Assembly: GCA_964291235.2 (NCBI GenBank) | Contig: OZ219816.1 | Span: 64,001 to 128,000 of the forward strand | DNA: 64,000 nt | DNA from: Vicinamibacteria bacterium | GTDB lineage: Bacteria > Acidobacteriota > Vicinamibacteria > Marinacidobacterales > Marinacidobacteraceae | Direction: 5' to 3' | Shown: in pieces, positions 18,593-28,358 of the stretch | Numbering within the stretch: position 1 is the first letter of the stretch | Layout of the letters: every line of letters starts with the position of its first letter | The notes under the pieces: model-generated | The model's database searches: none | The model's input: only the letters and a program-made list of their open reading frames with translations | What the model was told of the DNA's origin: nothing | Position numbers and translations under genes: made by a program

Positions 18593-20026
18593 TCAGCCGA
18601 CGGGGGTCGGCGCCGCCTCCTGCTGTTTCGCCAGGCGGCGCAGCAGGTGGTGGCTGTAGATACCCGTTTCGTGGCCGTCGTTCCAGTGAATCTGCACGCC
18701 GTAGTTGCCGACTGGCACCAACTTCCCGGGAGCGAAGTTGCTGGGCAAGAGCAGGGTCAATGACCGGCGTTTTCCGCTCCACTCGTCAACGCAAGTGGCG
18801 CACGGGCAGTGGTTTCGCAGGTATTCGAACCCGAGTCGATCCTCTCGGCCATCGTGCCAACAGACGACAACGTTGCCATCCTCCACGCGAACCGATTCGG
18901 CCACACCGCCCCGCTCGGCCTGATTGGCACGGGCCACTTCGAGCGCGACCTGGCGGGCGATCTGCCGATACGCGGCGGCAGCGGGACTTTCGGGATCGCG
19001 CCGGACGGTAGGCGTCCCTTCGTCCCCCGCCACTACGACCCGGGGATCGAGGGGTACGCCTCCCAGGAACGGAAGCCCGAGTTCATGCGCCACCTCTTCG
19101 CCCCCGCCGGTGGAGAAGATGTTCGTCGTCTCGCCGCAGTGCGGACAGGCGAAGGAACTCATGTTCTCGATCACGCCGAGCACGGGAACGCGCACCGGCT
19201 GGAACATGCGGAGCCCCTTTTCGGCAATCGTCCGCGCCACCGCCTGGGGCGTAGTGACAATGACCGCGCCCGCCAGCGCCGCAGTCTGGGCGATGGTGAG
19301 CTGCACGTCCCCGGTACCCGGAGGAAGATCGACCAACAGGTAGTCCAGTTCTCCCCAGACCACCCCCGAAAAGAACTGCTGAACGAGCCGGGACGCCATC
19401 GGCCCCCGCCAGATCACCGGTGTCTCCTTGGAGGAGAGCATCCCCATGGAAATGAACCGGACGCCATGGGCCTCGTGTGGCAGGAGCCGGCGATGCTCAT
19501 CGGTCGCGGGTCGGTCATCCATCCCGAACATGGTGGTCTGCGAAGGCCCGTAGACGTCGGCATCCAGCAGGCCGACGCGCGCGCCGTCCGCCGCCAGGGC
19601 AACCGCGAGGTTCGCCGAAACGGTGCTCTTGCCCACCCCGCCCTTCCCGGAAGCGATGGCCACTACGTTTTGGACGCCCTCGGGCTTCGTGGGATTCGGC
19701 GTCGGGGGGCGCCCACCGCCGGGACCCGACGGTGGACCGGCGTCCTGCTGCACCCGTGAGGTGGGAGAAGCGCTCACCTCGGTCCGGACCGCCACCTCCG
19801 CCCGCTCGATTTCCGGCAACCGGAGGAGAGCCTCGCGAACCTGGTCTCGGATCTCGCCAGCGACCTCGCTTCCGACATTGGGGAGCCTCACCGTGACGCT
19901 GACGATGGGCCGGCAGATGAGGATGTCCGCGACCTGGCCCAGGGCCACGATGCTGTCGCCCCCGAATTCCCGGTTCCGGACGGGGGCAAGGGCCTCCAGA
20001 ACCTGCTTTTGATCGAGTTGGGACAT
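18593..20026 (-). CDS. apbC: Mrp/ApbC/Nbp35 Fe-S carrier ATPase with an N-terminal DUF59-like and a C-terminal DUF971-like domain
   Basis: SGKGGVGKS, DADVYGPS, DLPPGTGD, ENMS.F.CPHC; C-terminal LRNHCPCATC...VGNYGVQIHWNDGHETGIYS. Start set at ATG 20026. Confidence 0.9.
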   Translation of the reverse strand: MSQLDQKQVLEALAPVRNREFGGDSIVALGQVADILICRPIVSVTVRLPNVGSEVAGEIRDQVREALLRLPEIERAEVAVRTEVSASPTSRVQQDAGPPSGPGGGRPPTPNPTKPEGVQNVVAIASGKGGVGKSTVSANLAVALAADGARVGLLDADVYGPSQTTMFGMDDRPATDEHRRLLPHEAHGVRFISMGMLSSKETPVIWRGPMASRLVQQFFSGVVWGELDYLLVDLPPGTGDVQLTIAQTAALAGAVIVTTPQAVARTIAEKGLRMFQPVRVPVLGVIENMSSFACPHCGETTNIFSTGGGEEVAHELGLPFLGGVPLDPRVVVAGDEGTPTVRRDPESPAAAAYRQIARQVALEVARANQAERGGVAESVRVEDGNVVVCWHDGREDRLGFEYLRNHCPCATCVDEWSGKRRSLTLLLPSNFAPGKLVPVGNYGVQIHWNDGHETGIYSHHLLRRLAKQQEAAPTPVG

Positions 20027-20237
20027 GGGAAAGGGAAGACCTGCGTTGGGCGGTCCGCCAGCTCGGCGGCGCGAAGCGTTTAGGATAGCCGTCGGGATGG
20101 GCAATACGGCACTTCAGAGGGACGAAGCGCCCGGTAGCCCCTCGGCGTTCTCCCTCTTACAATCGCCTAGCCTGGCGCTACCCGCAGCTGCTCCAGTCCG
20201 CGATGCGGAGTGAGCCGGCATCGCAAGGAGGCCAACC

Positions 20238-22577
20238 GTGAACTTCGTCCGCCTCGTCACCCGCTACCGGTTGCCGTTTGCGGCCACCCTCGCTTTCCTC
20301 GTGTTCGCCGCGTTTTCGGGGCCGGCATACGGCGCGACTCAGGAGCAGGAGGGTCAGGAAGCCGAAGAGCAACAGGAAGAATCCGAAGGAACCCCGGAAC
20401 CGGCGGACATCATCCCCCGCTTCACCGACCAGGTGGTGGTTTCGGCCTCGCGCGTCGAGCAGGAGATCGTGAATGCGCCGGCCGCGATCGCGGTGATCCC
20501 CAGACAGGTGATCGAAACCCAGGCAGCCAGCAACTTCGGCGACCTCCTTCGGCAGGCCCCAGGCGTCAATGTGACGCAACTCTCCAGCACGCATTACAGC
20601 GTCACCAGCCGCGGCTCGTCGAGCGCGCTTGCCACATCGCAGCTCGTCCTGGTGGACGGGCGATCGGTGTATCAGGACTTCTTCGGCTTCACCAGTTGGG
20701 ACTTTCTCTCGGTGGGACTCGACGATCTGGAGCGGATCGAAGTGGTGAACGGACCGGCTTCGGCCGTCTGGGGCGCCAACGCGATGAGCGGCGTCGTGAA
20801 CCTGATCACCAAAGCGCCACGGGATGCGTTGGGGACGACGCTGAACCTGCGGTTTGGCTCGTTCGATCGCAACGTCACCGGCAACTCAATGGATGCGGGC
20901 AACCAGCTCATGGGATCCCTGACCCACGCGCAGGCGGTGAACGATCGCTTCGCGTACCGGGCGACCGTCAGCTTTGCCCACCACGATCCACTGCCACGGC
21001 CGTTCGGCGAGATCCCGAACGGCACCGGCACCCTCTACCCGTCGTTGTCGGGGGTCACCGCCAAGATGCCCAAAGTGGACTTCCGAGCCGACTGGGACTC
21101 ACCCGACCGCCAGAGCGGGTTCCGCTTCTCGGGCGGCTACGCCGGGAGCACGGGGATCCTCCACTCGGGAATCGGCCCATTCAACGTCCAGTCGGGGGCG
21201 AACATGTCGTACGGCCGGGTCCAGTACATGCGCGGCTCCATGGAAATCGGCGCCTTCCTCAACCGAACCTCCGCGACCTTCAATTCGCTGCTGTCACGGA
21301 TCCCCACCGGGGAACTGCTCGACGGCCAGATCAACACCCGTACCTACGACGTCAGCCTCAAGGACACGAGGTTCCTGGGCGGGCGCCATCTCTTCAGCTA
21401 CGGCGCGAGCGCCCGCTTCGTCACCCTCGACTTCAGCCTCGCCCCGCTCGGAGACGGACGAAGCGAACAGGGCCTCTACCTCAACGACGAGATCTTCATC
21501 AACGACCGCTGGCGCTGGATCGTCGGGACTCGCGCGGACCGGATCAGCATCTTCGACAAGATCGTGCTGTCTCCACGAACGACCCTGATCTTCAAACCCA
21601 CCCCAACCCAGTCCCTGCGGGTTTCCTTCAACCGCGCGTTCCGCGCCCCGTCACTGAGCAACACGTTCCTGGATACGACGATTGGCGAAACAGCCGTCTT
21701 CGATCTCCGTCCCGTTTTCCGGGGTTTCTTCGGCGCGCTGAGCATTCCGGACTCCGCTTTGCCCGCGCCGGTCAACTACACGATTCCCATCGGCGTGGTG
21801 GGAAACCCCGCACTGCTCCAGGAGACACTCACCGCTTACGAAGTCGGCTGGTCGGGCGCCCTCAACGACTGGATCGGGGCGAGCGCGGCCGTTTACCTCA
21901 ACGACAAACGCGACAGCATCGACTTCACCGACCACACCTTCTGGTCCGGCGAAAATCCGCCACCCGGATGGAACGAAGCCTTCGCGGAGGTCGGGGATTT
22001 CATCGGGCGGTTGGGGGCAGTCCTTCCTCCCGGAACCCTGCCGCCGGAGATCGGGGCCATCGCCGCGAATCCCGCATATCTGATCGACGCCCTGGGAGGG
22101 CTCGCGGGCGTCCAACTCCCGGCCTCGTTCAGCTATGTCAACCGGATCTCGGTCCGCGAGTCAGGGATTGAACTCGGACTGAACGGACGCCGCGGCAACT
22201 TCGGAGGCTTCCTCAACTACTCCTGGCAGGCGGAACCGGCCGTGCAGGGGTTCGGGGAAGAGGACGCGGATGAAATCAGCATCCCGGCCGCCCACCGCAT
22301 CAACGCAGGCCTCGACGCCGAGTTCGGCGCCGTCGATCTTGGCTTGTCCCTGAACTACACCGACCGCGCCTACTGGACCGACGTCCTGACGGCCGAGTAT
22401 CACGGCTGGACCGAAGCCTTCACCATGGTGAACGCCACCCTGGCGGTCAACCTGATGGAAAGTCGCTTCCAGCCCTCGGTCCGGGTCATCAACCTCCTCA
22501 ATCAGGAAATCCAGAACCACATCTTTGGAGATGTGCTGCGGCGGCAGGTCATCGGGGGTTTGCGCTACCGGTTCTGA
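20238..22577 (+). CDS. TonB-dependent receptor (copy 1)
   Basis: Signal peptide; TonB-box-like DQVVVSASR; plug motifs LVLVDGR and ERIEVVNGPASAVWGANAMSGVVNLITK; C-terminal GLRYRF. Confidence 0.95.
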   Translation: MNFVRLVTRYRLPFAATLAFLVFAAFSGPAYGATQEQEGQEAEEQQEESEGTPEPADIIPRFTDQVVVSASRVEQEIVNAPAAIAVIPRQVIETQAASNFGDLLRQAPGVNVTQLSSTHYSVTSRGSSSALATSQLVLVDGRSVYQDFFGFTSWDFLSVGLDDLERIEVVNGPASAVWGANAMSGVVNLITKAPRDALGTTLNLRFGSFDRNVTGNSMDAGNQLMGSLTHAQAVNDRFAYRATVSFAHHDPLPRPFGEIPNGTGTLYPSLSGVTAKMPKVDFRADWDSPDRQSGFRFSGGYAGSTGILHSGIGPFNVQSGANMSYGRVQYMRGSMEIGAFLNRTSATFNSLLSRIPTGELLDGQINTRTYDVSLKDTRFLGGRHLFSYGASARFVTLDFSLAPLGDGRSEQGLYLNDEIFINDRWRWIVGTRADRISIFDKIVLSPRTTLIFKPTPTQSLRVSFNRAFRAPSLSNTFLDTTIGETAVFDLRPVFRGFFGALSIPDSALPAPVNYTIPIGVVGNPALLQETLTAYEVGWSGALNDWIGASAAVYLNDKRDSIDFTDHTFWSGENPPPGWNEAFAEVGDFIGRLGAVLPPGTLPPEIGAIAANPAYLIDALGGLAGVQLPASFSYVNRISVRESGIELGLNGRRGNFGGFLNYSWQAEPAVQGFGEEDADEISIPAAHRINAGLDAEFGAVDLGLSLNYTDRAYWTDVLTAEYHGWTEAFTMVNATLAVNLMESRFQPSVRVINLLNQEIQNHIFGDVLRRQVIGGLRYRF

Positions 22578-22693
22578 TCCGGACGACGATCGGGGCCGGC
22601 GCCCGGGGAGCGGGCGCACGCCGCCCCGCTCGACTTACAATGAGCGTGTCGGCGGCGGCACCAGGCTGTCCCGGGTAGCCGGCACCGTGTCGC

Positions 22694-25060
22694 ATGTACC
22701 TGAGGAGGCCTTTCGTGGACGTGCCCTGCCCCACCCGCAACCACCCGCTGCTCTTCGCGGCCGCCTTCGCCGCCCTCTCTCTGGTCGCGGCTCCCCAGGC
22801 CGCGCGCGCGGGCGTTCAGGAGGAGCAGGATCCTCCGCCGGAATCGCCACAACAGGAAGAGGAGCAGGAAGAAGCAACTGCCGAATCGACCGACATCCCC
22901 CGCTTCACCGATCAGGTCGTCGTCTCAGCTTCACGGGTGGAGCAGGAGATCGTCAACGCCCCGGCCGCGATCGCAGTGATCTCCGCCGAGGTGATCGAGA
23001 GCACGCCGGCCAGCAACTTCGGTGACCTCCTGCGTCAGGCCCCGGGGGTCAATGTCACCCAGCTCTCCAACACCAACTACAGCGTTACCAGCCGTGGCTC
23101 CTCCGGGGCCCTCGCCACCGCACAGCTCGTCCTGGTGGATGGCCGTTCCGTCTATCAGGACTTCTTCGGCTTCACGAGTTGGGACTTCATCTCGGTGGGC
23201 CTCGACGACCTGGAGCGGGTCGAGGTGGTCAACGGACCGGCTTCGGCCGTCTGGGGCGCGAACGCCATGAGCGGGGTGGTGAACCTGATCACCAAGGCGC
23301 CGCGCGACAACCAGGGAACCACGCTGGACCTCCGGTTCGGCGCCTTCGATCGCAACGTCACCGGCAACCCGATGGATACGGGCACCCAGTTCATGGGCTC
23401 GCTGACCCACGCGCAGGCGGTGAACGACCGCTTCGCCTACCGCGCGACCGTCAGCTTTACCCGGCAGGACGCCCTTCCCCGCCCGTTCGGTGAAATCCCC
23501 AACGGGACCGGCACGCTCTATCCCCCGGTCCAGGGAGTGGACGCGCGGATGCCCAAACTGGATTTCCGGGCGGACTGGGACGCGCCCGACGGCGAGAGCG
23601 GCGTCCGATTCTCCGGCGGCTACGGCGGAAGCCAGGGAATCCTCCACTCCGGGATCGGTCCGTTCCACGTCCAGCCGGGAAGCGCCATGTCGTACGGCCG
23701 CATCCAGTACCTGCGGGGCTCGATGGAAATCGGCGCTTTCGTGAACCGCACTGAGGTCCCCTTCAACTCGATCTTGTCCCGGACCCCCGCCGGGCAGTTC
23801 CTTGAGGGGAACATGAACTCGACCGCGTACGACATCAGCCTCAAGGACACGCGATTCCTGGGTGGTCGGCATCTGCTCAGCTACGGCGCCAGCGCCCGCC
23901 ATCTCACCCTCGACTTCACCCTCGCCCCCGAGGGTGACGGCCGCAGCGAGGTGGGCGCCTACGTCAACGACGAGATCTTCCTGAGCGACCGCTGGCGCTG
24001 GATCGTTGGAGCCCGTGCGGACCGGATGAGCGTGCTGGACAAGGTCGTGCTGTCTCCCCGCACGACTCTCATTTTCAAGCCGACGCCCACGCAGGCCTTC
24101 CGGGTGTCCTACAACCGGGCGTTCCGGGCCCCTTCGCTCACCAACTCGTTCCTCGATACGCTCATCGGCCAGCCGGCCGTCTTCGATCTCCGTCCCGTCT
24201 TCCGGGGATTCTTCGGCGCGCTGGCTATCCCGGATTCCGCGTTGCCGGCCCCGGTGACCTACACGATCCCCATCGACGTCGTGGGCAACCAGTCGCTGCT
24301 GCAGGAGTCACTGACCGCCTACGAGGTGGGCTGGTCGGGAGCGCTCAACGACTGGATCGGGGCGAGCGCTGCCGTTTACGTCAACGACATGCGGGACAGC
24401 ATCGACTTCACCGACCACACCTTCTGGGCCGGAGACAACCCACCTGCCGGATGGAACGAAGCGTTCGCCGACGTGGCGGATTTCATCGGACGGCTGGGCG
24501 CCGTACTCCCTCCCGGCACTCTTCCGCCGTCGATCGCCGCGATCGCCGCGAACCCCGGATACCTGATCGACGCCCTGGGTGGACTCGCGGGCGTTCAACT
24601 CCCTTCCTCACTCACCTACATCAACCGGACGTCGGCGCGGAACGCAGGATTCGAACTCGGACTCACCGGCCGCCGTGGCAACCTGGGCGGGTTCCTCAAC
24701 TACTCGTGGCAAGCCGAACCGGTGGTGGAGGGTTTCGGCGAAGAAGACGCCGATGAGATCAGCATTCCGGCGGCGCACCGCGTCAATGCCGGGCTGGATA
24801 CCGCGTTCGGCGCCGTTGATCTGGGAGTGTCGCTGAACTACACCGATCGCGCCTACTGGACCGATGTCCTGACCGCGGAGTACCACGGCTGGACGGAAGC
24901 CTTTACCCTGGTCAACGCCACCCTGGCGGTCAACCTGATGGAGGGCCGCTTCCAGCCTTCGGTGCGGGTGATCAACCTCCTCAATCAGGAGGTCCAGAAC
25001 CACGTCTTCGGCGACGTGCTGCGACGGCAGATCATCGGAGGGTTGCGCTACCGGTTCTGA
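22694..25060 (+). CDS. TonB-dependent receptor (copy 2, tandem paralog)
   Basis: Same motifs as copy 1, colinear and highly similar to 20238-22577 after the signal peptide. Confidence 0.95.
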   Translation: MYLRRPFVDVPCPTRNHPLLFAAAFAALSLVAAPQAARAGVQEEQDPPPESPQQEEEQEEATAESTDIPRFTDQVVVSASRVEQEIVNAPAAIAVISAEVIESTPASNFGDLLRQAPGVNVTQLSNTNYSVTSRGSSGALATAQLVLVDGRSVYQDFFGFTSWDFISVGLDDLERVEVVNGPASAVWGANAMSGVVNLITKAPRDNQGTTLDLRFGAFDRNVTGNPMDTGTQFMGSLTHAQAVNDRFAYRATVSFTRQDALPRPFGEIPNGTGTLYPPVQGVDARMPKLDFRADWDAPDGESGVRFSGGYGGSQGILHSGIGPFHVQPGSAMSYGRIQYLRGSMEIGAFVNRTEVPFNSILSRTPAGQFLEGNMNSTAYDISLKDTRFLGGRHLLSYGASARHLTLDFTLAPEGDGRSEVGAYVNDEIFLSDRWRWIVGARADRMSVLDKVVLSPRTTLIFKPTPTQAFRVSYNRAFRAPSLTNSFLDTLIGQPAVFDLRPVFRGFFGALAIPDSALPAPVTYTIPIDVVGNQSLLQESLTAYEVGWSGALNDWIGASAAVYVNDMRDSIDFTDHTFWAGDNPPAGWNEAFADVADFIGRLGAVLPPGTLPPSIAAIAANPGYLIDALGGLAGVQLPSSLTYINRTSARNAGFELGLTGRRGNLGGFLNYSWQAEPVVEGFGEEDADEISIPAAHRVNAGLDTAFGAVDLGVSLNYTDRAYWTDVLTAEYHGWTEAFTLVNATLAVNLMEGRFQPSVRVINLLNQEVQNHVFGDVLRRQIIGGLRYRF

Positions 25061-25111
25061 CCCGGACGGCGGGAGATCGCCGGGCGGGCGGCCGCCGCCA
25101 CCGCCGGTTCC

Positions 25112-27175
25112 CTATCGGGAACTCTCGTCGGTGGCAGCTTCCCCGGACTTCAGGAACCGGTCGAACCACGCCAGGTAGCGCTCGTAGCGGTCCTGCTGGA
25201 ACGACGGCAGCCGGATGCCGTGGCTCTGGCCCGGATAGATGATGAGCTGGGTGGGCACTCCGAGCCGCCGCAGGCTCTGATAGAGGTTTTCGGACTGGCT
25301 CAGCGGGACGTTCCAGTCCTTCTCGCCACAAAGGACGAGAGTCGGAGTGGTTACGTGGTGCACCCGGGAAATGGGAGACAGGCGGTTGTAAAGCTCCGGA
25401 TTCTCCCACGGAAGGCCCAGTTCCAGTTCCCACTCGAGTTGGTAGTGGTCGTTCCCGTAGGCGGCGCGGTACTCGGTTTCGCTGGATCCGCTGACCGCGG
25501 CGTGGAAACGGGTGGTCTTGGTGATCACGTAGTTGGTGAGGATGCCGCCGTAGCTCCATCCACCGACACCGAGCCGCTCGGGATCCGCCCAGCCGCGTTC
25601 GATTGCATGGTCCACCGCCGCGTTCACGTCCTCGTAGTCGAGGTTGCCCCAATCGGCCCAGATCGCCTGGGAAAAGGCCTCACCCCTTCCCGACGAACCA
25701 CGGGGATTCGCCGCCACCACGAGATACCCGTTGGCCGCGAAGAGCTGCCAGGTGGACTGGAAGGACGTGGAGAACTGCGACACCGGCCCGCCGTGGATCC
25801 AGAGGATCGTCGGATACCGCCGTCCCTCCTCAAATCCGGGTGGCTTGGTGACGAAGCCCTGGATCTCGGCTCCGTCGGAACTGGGGAAGGTGATCCGCTC
25901 CACTTCGCCGAGGTTCACGTCGGCGAGCAGCGCGTCGTTGTGCCCGCTCAAACGTCTCGGCTCACCGCCGCGGCTCCAACCGATCACCTCGGGTGGGCGG
26001 TCCACGGTGGCGGCCACCGCCACGACCCGATCTCCGACCGCCTCCATGTCCCGGACAACCCTTTCTCCGGCAACGAGCCGGTCGGCGGCGGCGTCCGCGG
26101 AAAGGTCAAAGGCCGCGAGGTGCTGGTTCCCCCCATCCTCGAGCAGGGCGACCACCACGTTGCCATCGCCGCTGAAGCGGGGGTTCGAAAGGTTGCGGTC
26201 GAGGCCCGCCGCGACATGGACGATCTCGTCAGTAGCCCGGTCGAGGGCGTACAGATTCTCGGTCGCGTACCAGATCAGTTCGGGTTTGCGATTCCCGGTG
26301 TGGAGCAGCCAGGCGCCGTCCGGGCTGAAGACCGGAGAGCGATCCGGCCCGAGGTTGCTGGTGAGCCGCACGGGCTCGGTCTCCTTGCCGGCATCCCGCG
26401 GGACCAGGAAGAGGTCCGAATTGTCGGTGGCGTCGGGATCGCCCTCGGGAGGGCGGACGCTGACAAAGACGATCTCCGAACCATCGGGTGAGAAGACGGG
26501 CGAACCGTCATCGTAGGGACCGAAGGTCTTTTGGACGTGCGAGCCCTCCGCCGCATCCACCAGGTAAATGTGGCGGCGGCGATCGTCGAGATACCCGCGG
26601 CCGTCACGCTTGAACTGGCGCCGGTCGATCACCAGGGGACGCGGTTCCCGTTCCTCCCCGGCGCCCGGCTCGTTCGGATCGGGATCCATCGAGACGGCCG
26701 CCAGCGCACTCCCGTCCGGGGCCCAGGAAAAAGAGGAAACTCCGGCGGGAAGACTCGACAGGACGCTTGCCTCGCCGCCGGTCAGGGGCAGGAGCCAGAT
26801 CTGGGTCTTGTCCCCTTCACCGGCGCTCAGGAACGCGAGTTGCGATCCGTCCGGGCTGAACCGCGGATGAGACGCCGACCGGCCCGCCCTGGTCAGTGGT
26901 GCGGGGTTCCCTCCCGCGAACGGAACGCCGTGAATCCGGCTCTCGGACTTGTTTGCGGTGAGGTCGATGCGCGACACCACGTAAACGACAAACTCACCAT
27001 CCGGTGACAGTTGGGGATCCGAGACCGATGCGATCCCGAGCGCGTCCTTGATCGCGAAGCTCCGACCCTGAGCGGCAGACGGCGCCGCTCCGGGAACGGT
27101 GAGACCGAGGAGGACCACCCCGCCAGCCAGAAACAAGGCCGGCCCTCGGCGGAAGTACTGATGGAATGACGTCAT
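25112..27175 (-). CDS. Secreted S9 family peptidase (acylaminoacyl/dipeptidyl peptidase-like)
   Basis: Signal peptide; PD40-type propeller repeats (FSPDG); IHGGP, GWSYGG, and catalytic D (KDWNV) and H (QSHG). Confidence 0.93.
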   Translation of the reverse strand: MTSFHQYFRRGPALFLAGGVVLLGLTVPGAAPSAAQGRSFAIKDALGIASVSDPQLSPDGEFVVYVVSRIDLTANKSESRIHGVPFAGGNPAPLTRAGRSASHPRFSPDGSQLAFLSAGEGDKTQIWLLPLTGGEASVLSSLPAGVSSFSWAPDGSALAAVSMDPDPNEPGAGEEREPRPLVIDRRQFKRDGRGYLDDRRRHIYLVDAAEGSHVQKTFGPYDDGSPVFSPDGSEIVFVSVRPPEGDPDATDNSDLFLVPRDAGKETEPVRLTSNLGPDRSPVFSPDGAWLLHTGNRKPELIWYATENLYALDRATDEIVHVAAGLDRNLSNPRFSGDGNVVVALLEDGGNQHLAAFDLSADAAADRLVAGERVVRDMEAVGDRVVAVAATVDRPPEVIGWSRGGEPRRLSGHNDALLADVNLGEVERITFPSSDGAEIQGFVTKPPGFEEGRRYPTILWIHGGPVSQFSTSFQSTWQLFAANGYLVVAANPRGSSGRGEAFSQAIWADWGNLDYEDVNAAVDHAIERGWADPERLGVGGWSYGGILTNYVITKTTRFHAAVSGSSETEYRAAYGNDHYQLEWELELGLPWENPELYNRLSPISRVHHVTTPTLVLCGEKDWNVPLSQSENLYQSLRRLGVPTQLIIYPGQSHGIRLPSFQQDRYERYLAWFDRFLKSGEAATDESSR

Positions 27176-27293
27176 TGCAAACCTCCTGCGGGCCTCACGA
27201 TCGGCGGGCCGAGCGGCGATGCTCCGTCTTGCCGGGAAGGGCCGGCACGGACGCTACTTTATGCGCGGAGCGCCGGGAGTCGCGCCCGGGAGG

Positions 27294-28340
27294 CTACCGG
27301 TACGACGAAACGATCTTGTCGAGCGTCTCTGGCGGCGGGCGGAGCCGGTCCTCGCCGAGGAGCGCCAACGGCTCGTCGCACAGATCCAGGATGTCGAGGA
27401 AAGTTCGCTTTCGGGTGTCCAGGTACAAGAGGCCGGTCAGGAAGAGATTCTTCTCGTTCGACTCGAGGATGAGTTCCTGGGCCGCGCGGCGATCCGTCGG
27501 GTCGTAACTCCGCTCCAGTTTGCGGAGTCGAACCCAGGAACCGTCGTGGAGTTGCACCTCCTGATCGGTTCCTTCCTCGTATTCGACCTCGATCTCATCC
27601 ATAGCCGGTACGAAATCCAGGATGTGAATCGGCTCCTCGTTGTCCTTGCCCCAGGTGTAGCTCTTGGTCGAGCCCGCGTGATTGTTGAACGTAACGCAGG
27701 GGCTCAGGATGTCGAGGACCGCGGTGCCGTTGTGCGCGAGCGCTCCGCGCAGGAGCGCGACGAGCTGTTTCGGATCTCCCGCGAAGGAACGAGCCACGTA
27801 GGTCGCGCCGAGTTCGACCGCCATGCCGCACAGGTCGATGTTGGGAAGCCGGTTCACCTCACCGGACCGAAGCGCGGCGTCCTCGTCGGCGGTCGCCGAG
27901 AACTGCCCCTTCGTCAAGCCGTACACCCCGTTGTTCTCGACGATGTAGATCAAGGGCAGATTGCGCCGCACCAGGTGCACGAACTGGCCAATGCCGATCG
28001 ACGCCGTATCCCCGTCACCGGAGACTCCAACGGCAACCAGTCGGCGGTTGGCAAGCACCGCCCCCGTCGCCACCGATGGCATCCGGCCGTGGACCGCGTT
28101 GAAACCGTGGCTGTGATTCAGGAAGTACGCCGGTGTCTTGGAGGAACAGCCGATCCCGGAGAGCTTGGCCACCTGATGGGGCCGGACATCCGACTCGAAA
28201 AAGGCGCGGATCAGCTGACTGGAGATCGCATCGTGTCCGCATCCCTTGCAGAGAGTGGAGGGCTTGCCCTTGTAGTCGGTCGGGGTAAGGCCCAGCCGGT
28301 TGACCCGGCGGGGGCGCTGCGACGATTCTCGGGTGGACAT
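27294..28340 (-). CDS. korB: 2-oxoacid:ferredoxin oxidoreductase beta subunit
   Basis: LCKGCGH, SGIGCSS, HGR, SGDGD, NNGVYGLTKGQ, SPCVTFN. Confidence 0.93.
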   Translation of the reverse strand: MSTRESSQRPRRVNRLGLTPTDYKGKPSTLCKGCGHDAISSQLIRAFFESDVRPHQVAKLSGIGCSSKTPAYFLNHSHGFNAVHGRMPSVATGAVLANRRLVAVGVSGDGDTASIGIGQFVHLVRRNLPLIYIVENNGVYGLTKGQFSATADEDAALRSGEVNRLPNIDLCGMAVELGATYVARSFAGDPKQLVALLRGALAHNGTAVLDILSPCVTFNNHAGSTKSYTWGKDNEEPIHILDFVPAMDEIEVEYEEGTDQEVQLHDGSWVRLRKLERSYDPTDRRAAQELILESNEKNLFLTGLLYLDTRKRTFLDILDLCDEPLALLGEDRLRPPPETLDKIVSSYR

Positions 28341-28358
28341 GAGAGGACTCCGGACAGG

